NCBI GenBank assembly: GCA_001821765.1
Contig: MHOA01000003.1
Coordinates: 1 to 53,555, forward strand
Direction of reading: 5' to 3'
Source of the DNA: Candidatus Ryanbacteria bacterium RIFCSPLOWO2_12_FULL_44_26
GTDB lineage: Bacteria > Patescibacteriota > Minisyncoccia > Ryanbacterales > HO2-45-13
Length of the DNA stretch: 53,555 bases
Positions 8,571 through 17,278 of the stretch are shown in pieces. The first letter of the stretch is position 1; every line of letters starts with the position of its first letter. The notes under the pieces are model-generated. The model searched no databases. It saw only the letters and a program-made list of their open reading frames with translations, and had not been told where the DNA came from. The position numbers and the translations under genes are program-made.

Positions 8571-11500
8571 TTAAAATGGAACTTCGGTAATGTTGACAAC
8601 GCTCCCGCAGTTTTGATACGGATCCTGATTGCAATATTCCGCCCCAATCCATTCCGGCGAGCGGACCGTATTGGCAATGCGAATCTCATCTATGGGTCCG
8701 TTAAAATACTGAGTGCCAGCGTATCCGGAGTACTGTCGCCTTCCTATGTCTACGCCATCCGCCGTGGAATCTGAATTATTCCCAAACGCGAGATCATTCT
8801 CGACTTCAGAGCCATCTACGTACAACCGAAGGGTGTCATTCGTTCTATCAAGCACCGCGGTATAGAATGCCCACGTATTAGCGCTCACAACGTTTAAATC
8901 GCTATATAGACCATAATTGCTGCTACCCACTTCGCCTTCAAACACAACGCTGCCATCCGAATCAACAGCAAGTTCCCAGTCTTTTGAAGAGGAACTCATA
9001 CTTTTTGTGATTATTTTTTGATACGAACTGAGATCGGAATTGAACCAGAGCGATAACGTGATATTCTGGTTTCCTCTCAAATCCGGAGCGTCGCCGACAG
9101 AAATATAATCATTATCCAAACTGCCGTCAAAATCCACTGCTGTTCCTATTGCTCCGTTCACCAGATCCGTCAGCGTCATGGAACCGTTCGCCGTGCCGTG
9201 ATGCGCGTTGCCGGTTGAATCCTTGATTTGCGGGGCAGGACCGGTGGGATCATTGTTCATATGCCAAACAGCCGCATAGCCATTCGTCCAAACGGCTTGG
9301 GGCTGCTGGCCGTCGGGAGCGGCGGGATTGTTATAATACATCCAGATATAATCTGTTGTTGAAAGAGCGTCAACCTGCGGCACTTTTACCCAGATGAACG
9401 AGGTCGCGCCAGGCGATTCGTCCCACCGTTCTATTTCATAATACAAAGGAGTGCCGTCGGGGTCAAAAAATCGTATGTCCTCGCCATTGTTTTGTGTTTT
9501 TGTGTAATCAATATTGTAACTATTACTTCCGCCTATTAGCCGAATAAGAACCGGGATGTCGATGAAGTTTTGTTCGCCTTCGGAGTTGTCAAACGTGATC
9601 TTTTTTCTGTTGAGCCAGTCGTTTTCGTCGTCATCAAGCGAATTATAGGAAACGGGGTTTGACGCATTGCCGTCTGTATGACAACCGGGATCGCTGATGT
9701 CTGCAAAACTGTCTTCTAGATCAGCATTGTCTTGGCCATCTGAACACTCCGGGAATTTAATTTCTTCGTTGTCGGTTGCATTATTACAGCCGTTGTCAGC
9801 CGGCCAGTCAGTCAGGCCGTCGCTGTCGTTATCAAACCCGTCGGAACATTGTTGAGGGTTCGCCTCATCATTATCAGCCGGATTAGCACAACTTCTATCA
9901 GCCGTATCTATAAGGCCATCAAGATCATCATCAACGCCATTGGAGCACTGGGTATTCGTCTCGTTAGTATCATTCGGATCATAGGAGGAAGGATTTGATG
10001 AGACGGCGTCAGAATGACACCCAGCATCATTATCATCTGCAAGCGTGTCTTCCGGATCCGCGTTATCAATACTATCCGAACACTGCGGATCGCTTTCATC
10101 GTTGACGGTTGGGTTATACGGGTTGACAAGCAGTCTTCCGGTATGACAGGCGGGATCAGCCGCGTCAATCAGCCCATCCGCATCACCATTATTTATAAGA
10201 TCAGAACACTGGGTATCGCTTTCATCGTTGACGGTTGGATCATACGGATTTACGAGCAGTCTTCCGGTATGACAGGCGGGATCGTCTTCGTCAACACGGC
10301 CGTCTAAATCGTTATCAATATTGTCGGAGCATTCGGCTACGTCAAATTCATTGTTGTCAAACGGATCATAGGAATTGGGGTTTGCGACGTTAAAATCCCA
10401 ATGGCATCCCGGGTCAAGATCATCATTTTTGGAATCACCGTCATCGTCCGTGTTGTTTGAACACTCCGGATCGTTTTCGCTATTGTAATACGGATAGTAT
10501 GAATCGGGGTTGAGCGCATTTCTGTCGGTATGGCAAGCTGGATCGTCTATATCAAAACGGCTGTCGCCGTCGTTGTCAGTGCTGTCCGAACATTGGGTAA
10601 CAACAGGAGGCGGAAGCCCCGCGCAAAAATCCCCCTGCTCGGCTTCAACAGTAATAAAGTTAAATGGGTTATTCTGATTTAAATATTCCGCCCCAATCCA
10701 TTCCGGCGAGCGAACCGTATTGGCAATGCGAATCTCATCTATGGGTCCGTTAAAATACTGAGCGCCAGCGTATCCGGAGTACTGTCGCCTTCCTATGTCT
10801 ACGCCATCCGCCGTGGAATCTGACCAATTCACAGGTGCGGTATTATCCGCGACTTGAGAACTCCCTCTATACAACCAAAGATCGTTATTTGCTTTATCAA
10901 GCACCGCGGTATAGAATGCCCACGTATTAGCGCTCACAACGTTTGCGATGCTAGTTAAGTTAAAATCACTGCCACCCACTTCGCCTTCAAACACAACGCT
11001 GCCATCCGAACCAACAGCAAGTTCCCAGTCTTTTGAAGAGGAACTCATACTTTTTGTGATTATTTTTTGATACGAACTGCGATCGGAATTGAACCAGAGC
11101 GATAACGTGAGATTCTGGTTTCCTCTCAAATCCGGAGCGTCGCCGACAGAAATATAATCATTACTGCCGTCAAAATCCAATGCTGTTCCTATTGCTCCGT
11201 TCACCAGATCCGTCAGCGTCATGGAACCGTTCGCCGTGCCGTGATGCGCGTTGCCGGTTGAATCCTTGATTTGCGGGGCAGGACCGGTGGGATCATTGTT
11301 CATATGCCAAACAGCCGCATAGCCATTCGTCCAAACGGCTTGGGGCTGCTGGCCGTCGGGAGCGGCGGGATTGTTATAATACATCCAGATATAGTCGGAG
11401 GTGGAGTTGGCGTTAAGTTGAGGGATTTTTACCCAAATATATGAATTGCCGCTTGCGTCGTCCCACGTTTCAATCTCATAATTGAGCGACGTAAGATCGG

Positions 11501-12293
11501 CATCGTAGAAACGAATATCGGCTCCAAGCGGTTTCGTCTTCGTATAATCAAAAAAGAGATTCGGGCCGCCGCTTTCAAGTTTCACCAAAGCGGGAAAATA
11601 CCATAAGTCTGTATTTATAGCGGAAGTGTTAAAAGTGATTTTCCTCCAGCACTGCCATCCCGTCAAAGATCCGCCGGCAGTGCTTTGCTCAAACATCGAA
11701 AGAACGCCGGTTGCCCATATTGATACCTTTTTGCTTAACTGCCGCTCCGTGCTCTCAAGAATAATTTCATACTCCCCCGGCCCCAGATCACCCGATGCAA
11801 TACCGCACGTCCCATACGCCGTTATCGTCGGCAGCGGCCGAAGGTACACAATATCCAACTGAGCGCAGGATTCATTGCCGCTTTTTTTTATGATGTCTTT
11901 AATCCTGATATTATCAGGTAGATTATAGACAACGCTGGCGGTATCCGTATCTTCCGTTCCCGGATTTATCTGTTTACTGGCGTCTACATCCGGAAAAAGT
12001 ATCACTGTTTGGGGACTCACCATTTCAACGTGCACGCCGTATCCCGGAAATATGCCTGACTCCGATTTATAAACGGCAAGCGCTTTTGTTTCGGCTTGAT
12101 GAAAAAGAAGTGAGATTTCATCTGCGGCGGTATCCAATGCGCGCTGTTCACGGGATCTCCCAAAGCTCGGAACAATAAGAAGGGAAATGACAGTTATAAT
12201 AGCAACGCTTATGATGAGCTCTATCACGCTGAACCCTCTTTTTTGAAAGCCGGGAAATATTGAAGATAGAGGGATACTTCTTTGGTTTCTCAT
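8571..12293 (-). CDS. giant pilin-fusion protein: prepilin N-terminus plus pseudopilin domain, 2x(DUF2341-like + LamG/concanavalin-like lectin) modules, and 8 Cys/Asp-rich repeats
   Basis: The N-terminus QKRG|FSVIELIISVAIITVISLL is a class III signal with Glu at +5. WxxRKKITF...IRFFD...YEIExWD...IWVKxP...IWMYYNN is DUF2341-like, and GNAHHGTANGSMT...DFDGSNDYISVGD...LSLWFN... is LamG-like. Each of these occurs twice. The central block carries 8 copies of [QE]CS[DN]xxDxxxDxxxDxxDxxC. Confidence 0.85.
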   Translation of the reverse strand: MRNQRSIPLSSIFPGFQKRGFSVIELIISVAIITVISLLIVPSFGRSREQRALDTAADEISLLFHQAETKALAVYKSESGIFPGYGVHVEMVSPQTVILFPDVDASKQINPGTEDTDTASVVYNLPDNIRIKDIIKKSGNESCAQLDIVYLRPLPTITAYGTCGIASGDLGPGEYEIILESTERQLSKKVSIWATGVLSMFEQSTAGGSLTGWQCWRKITFNTSAINTDLWYFPALVKLESGGPNLFFDYTKTKPLGADIRFYDADLTSLNYEIETWDDASGNSYIWVKIPQLNANSTSDYIWMYYNNPAAPDGQQPQAVWTNGYAAVWHMNNDPTGPAPQIKDSTGNAHHGTANGSMTLTDLVNGAIGTALDFDGSNDYISVGDAPDLRGNQNLTLSLWFNSDRSSYQKIITKSMSSSSKDWELAVGSDGSVVFEGEVGGSDFNLTSIANVVSANTWAFYTAVLDKANNDLWLYRGSSQVADNTAPVNWSDSTADGVDIGRRQYSGYAGAQYFNGPIDEIRIANTVRSPEWIGAEYLNQNNPFNFITVEAEQGDFCAGLPPPVVTQCSDSTDNDGDSRFDIDDPACHTDRNALNPDSYYPYYNSENDPECSNNTDDDGDSKNDDLDPGCHWDFNVANPNSYDPFDNNEFDVAECSDNIDNDLDGRVDEDDPACHTGRLLVNPYDPTVNDESDTQCSDLINNGDADGLIDAADPACHTGRLLVNPYNPTVNDESDPQCSDSIDNADPEDTLADDNDAGCHSDAVSSNPSSYDPNDTNETNTQCSNGVDDDLDGLIDTADRSCANPADNDEANPQQCSDGFDNDSDGLTDWPADNGCNNATDNEEIKFPECSDGQDNADLEDSFADISDPGCHTDGNASNPVSYNSLDDDENDWLNRKKITFDNSEGEQNFIDIPVLIRLIGGSNSYNIDYTKTQNNGEDIRFFDPDGTPLYYEIERWDESPGATSFIWVKVPQVDALSTTDYIWMYYNNPAAPDGQQPQAVWTNGYAAVWHMNNDPTGPAPQIKDSTGNAHHGTANGSMTLTDLVNGAIGTAVDFDGSLDNDYISVGDAPDLRGNQNITLSLWFNSDLSSYQKIITKSMSSSSKDWELAVDSDGSVVFEGEVGSSNYGLYSDLNVVSANTWAFYTAVLDRTNDTLRLYVDGSEVENDLAFGNNSDSTADGVDIGRRQYSGYAGTQYFNGPIDEIRIANTVRSPEWIGAEYCNQDPYQNCGSVVNITEVPF
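8634..9350. repeat. intragenic long repeat, copy 2 (LamG module)
   Basis: It is near-identical to 10683-11393 at the DNA level, with one 6-nt indel and a divergent central patch at about 8770-8950. The two copies share long exact runs such as ccccaatccattccggcgagcg and catggaaccgttcgccgtgccgtgatgcgcgttgccggttgaatccttgatttgcggggcaggaccggtgggatcattgttcatatgccaaacagccgcatagccattcgtccaaacggcttggggctgctggccgtcgggagcggcgggattgttataatacatccagatata. Confidence 0.9.
9625..10600. repeat. tandem coding repeats (8 Cys/Asp-rich units); two units near-identical at the DNA level
   Basis: The 69-nt stretches 10089-10157 and 10215-10283 differ at about 5 positions, with a 126-nt (42-aa) period (DPACHTGRLLVNPY[DN]PTVNDESD[TP]QCSD). 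Confidence 0.85.
10683..11393. repeat. intragenic long repeat, copy 1 (LamG module)
   Basis: Partner of 8634-9350. Weaker similarity continues into the DUF2341-like parts, up to about 9620 and 11640. Confidence 0.9.
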
Positions 12294-12319
12294 TTTGGAG
12301 ATTTAGAAAAAACGCCCGT

Positions 12320-13105
12320 TTACGTAAAATCTATAAGGTGATTATACCATGCGATCATATCCTTTCCTAAAAGAAACGCCAAAAATGCTCCTGTTGCAAG
12401 AAAGGGGCCGAACGGGATTTGGGTTTTTCTTCCGTATTTGCCTAAAAGTAAAAAGAGAATGCCCCAAATGGCTCCGATCCAAAACCCTAACAGTACTGCG
12501 ACAATGACAAGAGGCCAGCCAAGAAATATACCCAATCCAAACGCGAGTTTTGCGTCTCCAAAACCCATCCATTTTCCGCCGGACACAAACCAAAAAAGAG
12601 CAAAAAACAAAAAAGCGCCCAGTCCGGCAAGCATATCATAGAAAAAAACGCCACCAAGCAATGAATACACTGCGGCCGACGCTGTAAGAGTTGCGGTGAA
12701 TATGTCGGGGAGCATTTTATTCCTTGCATCGTACACCGCCGCCGCAAGCAAGACAGCAAAAAACAAAAACACCAGGGCGCTACTTATAATCGAAAAAACG
12801 CCTCCTCCCGCGATATCGTACCCGAGCTTTAAGAAAATCAAAAAAAACAGAAGCCCGCTAAGACTCTCAACAACCGGATACTGAAAGGAAATACTGCTGC
12901 CGCAGTGCCTGCATCGGCCGCGTTGAATGATAAAGCTTAGAACTGGAATAAGTTCACCCGCGCCCAAACGCTTACTACAGCTAAAGCATCGGGAGAATGT
13001 AAAAATAATGGACTCACCGGTGTTTAAACGGAGCACCACAACGTTTATAAAACTCCCCACCACAAGACCGAAAAGAAAAACAACCGCACTCCAAAAAATA
13101 TCCAT
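12320..13105 (-). CDS. pilD: prepilin peptidase (A24 family)
   Basis: It has an N-terminal Cys cluster (CFSCSKRL...CRHCG), polytopic TM segments, and the catalytic-Asp contexts AAVYDARNKMLPD and WMGFGDAKL. Confidence 0.88.
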   Translation of the reverse strand: MDIFWSAVVFLFGLVVGSFINVVVLRLNTGESIIFTFSRCFSCSKRLGAGELIPVLSFIIQRGRCRHCGSSISFQYPVVESLSGLLFFLIFLKLGYDIAGGGVFSIISSALVFLFFAVLLAAAVYDARNKMLPDIFTATLTASAAVYSLLGGVFFYDMLAGLGAFLFFALFWFVSGGKWMGFGDAKLAFGLGIFLGWPLVIVAVLLGFWIGAIWGILFLLLGKYGRKTQIPFGPFLATGAFLAFLLGKDMIAWYNHLIDFT

Positions 13106-13178
13106 ACATATATGGTAACTGCACTAAACCGCAAACACCAACCGCCCCCTTCGGAAGTCCGACTTCCCGATGTAAGAT

Positions 13179-13646
13179 TTATGGGCGGTAACAATAGACC
13201 GGGTCGGAGCAGTCAAGCGAGCCGTAGGTTCCATCATTATCCCCATCAAGCGCTTTGTGACCGGTTTCAAGCTTCGCGCCGACGACATAACTGGCACATG
13301 ATGCTGACGCGGCGCCGCATGCGCTTCCATCGCCATGTAACCCGCGATAAAAATAATCCGCATTGTCCAATGGGTCTTTGGGTAAAGCGGCGATATGAGC
13401 AGGGGCAAGACTTTGATAATTCACATCGGTTTGATCCCCTCTCGGATACGTCGCGCCTTCGCTGTCAAAGAAAAGCTCAAAGGCAATTTTCATCTCCGCA
13501 ATATCAGCAATGCGGCGCGCGTCTCTGGAATCTTTTCTTCTTGCGCTAAGCGCCACCACAACTGCCGTTGCGATAAGCCCGATAATCACTATGACAGTAA
13601 GCAGCTCTATTAATGTAAAACCGCTATTCGTTGTTTTTTTGACCAT
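13179..13646 (-). CDS. type IV pilin (155 aa)
   Basis: The N-terminus is MVKKTTNSG|FTLIELLTVIVIIGLIATAVV, and the C-terminal domain is Cys-containing. Confidence 0.88.
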   Translation of the reverse strand: MVKKTTNSGFTLIELLTVIVIIGLIATAVVVALSARRKDSRDARRIADIAEMKIAFELFFDSEGATYPRGDQTDVNYQSLAPAHIAALPKDPLDNADYFYRGLHGDGSACGAASASCASYVVGAKLETGHKALDGDNDGTYGSLDCSDPVYCYRP

Positions 13647-13803
13647 GGTATGAGTAATAATGAAACCACTCCAGAGGGAATAGACTTCCCGATTTTTCCC
13701 CGATTTGGGTTCATGGAAAAATCTATGTTATATATGTATCTGTTTTCATTATATACCATTCCTCAACATGTAACATAAACAACGATGCGTATGGTGCGTG
13801 TAA

Positions 13804-13836
13804 ACAAAAAATCCGCCGAAGGGGCGGATTTTTTGT
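13804..13836 (-). terminator. rho-independent (bidirectional-looking) terminator after the upstream pilin gene
   Basis: aaaaaATCCGCCgaaggGGCGGATttttt: a 7-bp stem (13811-13817 with 13823-13829) flanked by A and T runs. Confidence 0.8.
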
Positions 13837-13855
13837 TTAGAAAACCTTTTTGCCA

Positions 13856-14371
13856 TTACGGTGTTACATCGTAGCACGTATCAGCGCCGGTACTTGCATC
13901 ACACGCGCCATTGAGTCCATCAAAGTTGTCAGTAATACCAAGAGCACCCAAGTCTCTGTCACCAGTAAGAGCTGTGTTTCCGCTTTCTTCCATACTTGCT
14001 CCAAGGTGGTAATAATTACACGGAGATGCAGTACAATCTGTGGGGGTCGCGCCTGCTGTCAATGATTTATACTGATAACCGGTTGCTAAATTGGTCGGAT
14101 CGACTGGTATGGTGGCAATATATGTTGGCGCCATGCCTGTAAAGTTTGCTCCTGATTCTGCGCCTACCGGATACGATCTGGAGCTGTCAAAATACAATTC
14201 CAACGCCAATTGGATCTGCTTGATATCTGCAATGCGGCGCGCGTCACGGGACTTTTGCCGGGCGCTGTTTAGAGAAGCGAGCACAATGGACGCTAAAATG
14301 CCGATAATGGCGATAACCACCAAAAGCTCAATTAAGGTAAAACCTCCTCTACGCGATTTATATTGAAACAT
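13856..14371 (-). CDS. type IV pilin (171 aa), probable major pilin
   Basis: The N-terminus is MFQYKSRRGG|FTLIELLVVIAIIGILASIV. It has its own terminator, and a candidate promoter (TTGTTT-17-TATAAG) lies upstream. Confidence 0.88.
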   Translation of the reverse strand: MFQYKSRRGGFTLIELLVVIAIIGILASIVLASLNSARQKSRDARRIADIKQIQLALELYFDSSRSYPVGAESGANFTGMAPTYIATIPVDPTNLATGYQYKSLTAGATPTDCTASPCNYYHLGASMEESGNTALTGDRDLGALGITDNFDGLNGACDASTGADTCYDVTP

Positions 14372-14546
14372 ACTTATAAGCTATTATTTCCCTTTGCGTT
14401 TTCGACCTTACGACTTATATTATATAGAATCGACCTAAACAAGACATGGTTTTATTGTATATGAATGCCGGACATTTTTTTATATGTACGCTTGTGGATA
14501 TCTTTCGAGGGGCAAGTAAGAACAGAAAGGGGGTTTTGCCGCGCTC

Positions 14547-15755
14547 TTATATGGCTGCTGTGATGCTATACAGCGGCAAAAGCACCGCCGCCACAAGAAA
14601 TCCGACGCCAGCTCCAAGCACAATAATCAGCACTGGCTCAATTAAGGCGACAAAATTATCAACAAGGTTATTTACTTCAGCAGTATAAAAATGCGCAAGG
14701 GATTTCAGCATGGAATCCAGTTTTCCGGTTTCCTCGCCGATGCGTATCATTTGTGTCACTAAAGGAGGCATATCTTTATATTTACTTAGGGCCTCCGCAA
14801 CGCTTGAGCCCCCTTTGACCGCTTCAAGAGACTGCAGCACAATATCCCTGTATACAGTGTTCCCGATGATATTGGCGGTAATCTGGAGAGACCGAATCAC
14901 CGGCACACCGGCTGAAAGGAGTGTTTGGAAGTTGTCGGCAAATCTCGCAAGATACATTTTCTTATATAACGGCCCCACAATCAAAACAGAAATACTAAAC
15001 CGCGACCATGCGCTCCTGCCTGCGGGTGTTTGCACATATCGCCACACAAACGCCGCCATCAGCGCAAGAACCAAAATAATAAAGAGCCAGTAATTTTTTG
15101 CAAAGAGACTTACGGCTATGACAATGCGGGTATAGAACGGGAGGGCGACATTCGCTTCTTCAAAGATTTGGGCGATATTGGGAATAATAACGGTAAGCAA
15201 AAGAATCATCACCCCAACAAAAGCAACCAGCACAAACGCCGGGTAAATAAGCGCATTTCTTACCTTTGTGCGCAGCTCGTAGGAACGCTCAAGATAATCA
15301 GCAAGGTACATAAACACTTCACTCAACTTGCCCGACTCTTCGCCGGAACGAACCATATTGACGTAAAATGGCGAGAATATTTGCGGGTGTCGTTCCATAG
15401 CCTGCGATATGGACATTCCCCCCTGTATATCATCCAGCAGCTCTTTGAGTTCCTGTTTTAAAACGGGTTTTTGCATTTCACTTGCAAGAGTCCGCAAGGC
15501 CTGCACAACCGGAACTTTTGCGTCAAACAGCGTTGCCAACTGTCTTGAGAGCAGCACCACGTCGCGGGGACTCACACGGGCAACAAAGGTTTTAAACATT
15601 GCCGTAAACGAATGGGCTTCCTTCGTCGGCGTAATCTCAACGATAACGAAATTTTGTTTCTGTAATCCCCTCACAGCGCTCGAAAGACTTGGAGCCTCGG
15701 TTGTGCCCTCGCGAAGCTCGCCCTCCGGTGAACGTACTTTATAATAAAATTCCAT
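14547..15755 (-). CDS. pilC: type IV pilus platform protein (GspF/PilC family)
   Basis: A 402-aa protein with two T2SS-F-like repeats and three TM segments, in pilus-locus context. Confidence 0.88.
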   Translation of the reverse strand: MEFYYKVRSPEGELREGTTEAPSLSSAVRGLQKQNFVIVEITPTKEAHSFTAMFKTFVARVSPRDVVLLSRQLATLFDAKVPVVQALRTLASEMQKPVLKQELKELLDDIQGGMSISQAMERHPQIFSPFYVNMVRSGEESGKLSEVFMYLADYLERSYELRTKVRNALIYPAFVLVAFVGVMILLLTVIIPNIAQIFEEANVALPFYTRIVIAVSLFAKNYWLFIILVLALMAAFVWRYVQTPAGRSAWSRFSISVLIVGPLYKKMYLARFADNFQTLLSAGVPVIRSLQITANIIGNTVYRDIVLQSLEAVKGGSSVAEALSKYKDMPPLVTQMIRIGEETGKLDSMLKSLAHFYTAEVNNLVDNFVALIEPVLIIVLGAGVGFLVAAVLLPLYSITAAI

Positions 15756-15799
15756 AGACGATGTGCATATAGCAATACATACTAATAATACAAATAACT

Positions 15800-16867
15800 T
15801 TACATCATCAGCAGTTTGAATTCCGACGGGTTTGTTGAATACGTCAACGCATGCTCCATGGCAATTTCACCACGCCGCAGCAAATCCATTAATGAACGGT
15901 TCAGACTAATCATCCCCTCTTGGGAACTGGTATCAATGACCATTCCTATTTCATGAGTTTTCCCCTCGCGAATAAGATTTTTTACGGCCGAATTTGCTAT
16001 CAACAGTTCGTACGCCGGTATTCTTCCACCCGAGATTCTGGGAAGCAGTCGCTGCGAGAATATGCCCAGCAGCGTATTGGACAGCTGCAGCCGAATTTGG
16101 TTTTGTTGCTCGGCGGGAAAGCTGTCAATAACACGGTCAATGGTCTGCGACGCGTCGTTGGTGTGCAGGGAAGAAAAAACCAGATGTCCCGTTTCTGCGG
16201 CGGTCACAGCCGCGGACATGGTTTCATAATCTCTCATTTCCCCTATCATGCCGACGTTTACGTCCTGCCGAAACATCACCCGGAGGGCAGACTGAAAATT
16301 TCTCGTATCCACCTTCACCTCGCGCTGGTGGATAATGGAACGATCCTGCGTAAAAAGATATTCAATCGGATCTTCTATGGTAATAATGTGTTCGGCGCGG
16401 CTATGGTTTATAAGATCAATCATCGCGGCGAGTGTTGTCGTTTTGCCGTGTCCGGTAGGTCCCACCACAAGAAAAAATCCCTGCTCTTTTCTTGTAAACT
16501 CCACCAAAATATCCGGCAAATTTAATTCCTCAATAGTCCGGATTTCCACCGGCACAAGCCGCATCGCCGCATTTAAATAGCCGCGGGAGTAAAAAGCATT
16601 GACGCGAAAGCGGGCGCGATCCTCAAGCTGATAAGAAAAGTCAAGCTCTTTGGTCACCGTCAGTTTCCTTTGATCTTCGGGATGCAGCATGGACAGAATA
16701 AGCCCTTCAGTCATCTCCGGTGTAAGCACTGGTTTTTTTGCCAATTCAATAAGCTCTCCGACCACACGGATCAATGGATGCCGCCCTACCGTCAGATGCA
16801 AATCTGAACCGTTCTCACGAACCACTGTAGATACAAGATCTTTTAATTCTTTTTTATATTCCATCAT
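15800..16867 (-). CDS. pilT: type IV pilus retraction ATPase
   Basis: A 355-aa protein with Walker A GPTGHGKTT. SSLHTNDASQTIDRVID and AYELLIANSAVKNLIREGK are PilT-type motifs. Confidence 0.88.
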   Translation of the reverse strand: MMEYKKELKDLVSTVVRENGSDLHLTVGRHPLIRVVGELIELAKKPVLTPEMTEGLILSMLHPEDQRKLTVTKELDFSYQLEDRARFRVNAFYSRGYLNAAMRLVPVEIRTIEELNLPDILVEFTRKEQGFFLVVGPTGHGKTTTLAAMIDLINHSRAEHIITIEDPIEYLFTQDRSIIHQREVKVDTRNFQSALRVMFRQDVNVGMIGEMRDYETMSAAVTAAETGHLVFSSLHTNDASQTIDRVIDSFPAEQQNQIRLQLSNTLLGIFSQRLLPRISGGRIPAYELLIANSAVKNLIREGKTHEIGMVIDTSSQEGMISLNRSLMDLLRRGEIAMEHALTYSTNPSEFKLLMM

Positions 16868-16869
16868 GA

Positions 16870-17271
16870 TTATCTGTCCAGAAACGTCTTTACCTTCGCT
16901 ACGACCTCGCTTGGCGTAAAGTGCGCTTTTACAATGTAGTCGTCTGCGCCGAGCGCTAGACCTTTATCAATATCTTCTCTTTGTCCCAGATTAGTAAGAA
17001 TAATGATCACAGATCCTTCGGCAAGTTTTTCTTTTTTGATTTTTCTTAAGATGTCAAAACCGTCAATAGACGGCATGACAATATCAAGTAAAATGACTTC
17101 AAACTTGCCGCGTCGAAGTTTTTCCAACGCCTCCAGACCATGATGCGCGATTTCAAGATGAAATCCTTTCTCTTTAAACTTCACCGAATACATATCCAGT
17201 AGGAAATCGTCATCGTCAACAAGCAGAATTTTTTTGTCCTTATTGCTCATGCTTTGAACAGGCGAGCTCAT
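16870..17271 (-). CDS. single-domain response regulator (REC only)
   Basis: KILLVDDDDFLLDMY...ILLDIVMPSIDGF...K is the CheY-like acidic pocket. The start is set at the ATG at 17271 or 17250, because the track start at 17325 would overlap the pilB 3' end. Confidence 0.8.
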   Translation of the reverse strand: MSSPVQSMSNKDKKILLVDDDDFLLDMYSVKFKEKGFHLEIAHHGLEALEKLRRGKFEVILLDIVMPSIDGFDILRKIKKEKLAEGSVIIILTNLGQREDIDKGLALGADDYIVKAHFTPSEVVAKVKTFLDR

Positions 17272-17278
17272 ATATTTA

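Noticed and set aside
7952-8689. The longer 245-aa version of the pseudopilin ORF.
   Set aside because: The first 44 codons overlap the 3' end of the 1240-aa gene and encode an Arg-rich non-signal sequence. The internal ATG at 8557 gives a normal short leader followed by the G|FSIIE prepilin motif.
8634-11393. Possibility that the long near-identical repeats are the template and variable repeats of a diversity-generating retroelement.
   Set aside because: Both copies are coding parts of the same ORF, and no reverse transcriptase or accessory gene is nearby. The differences are clustered multi-base replacements and an indel, not adenine-specific substitutions.
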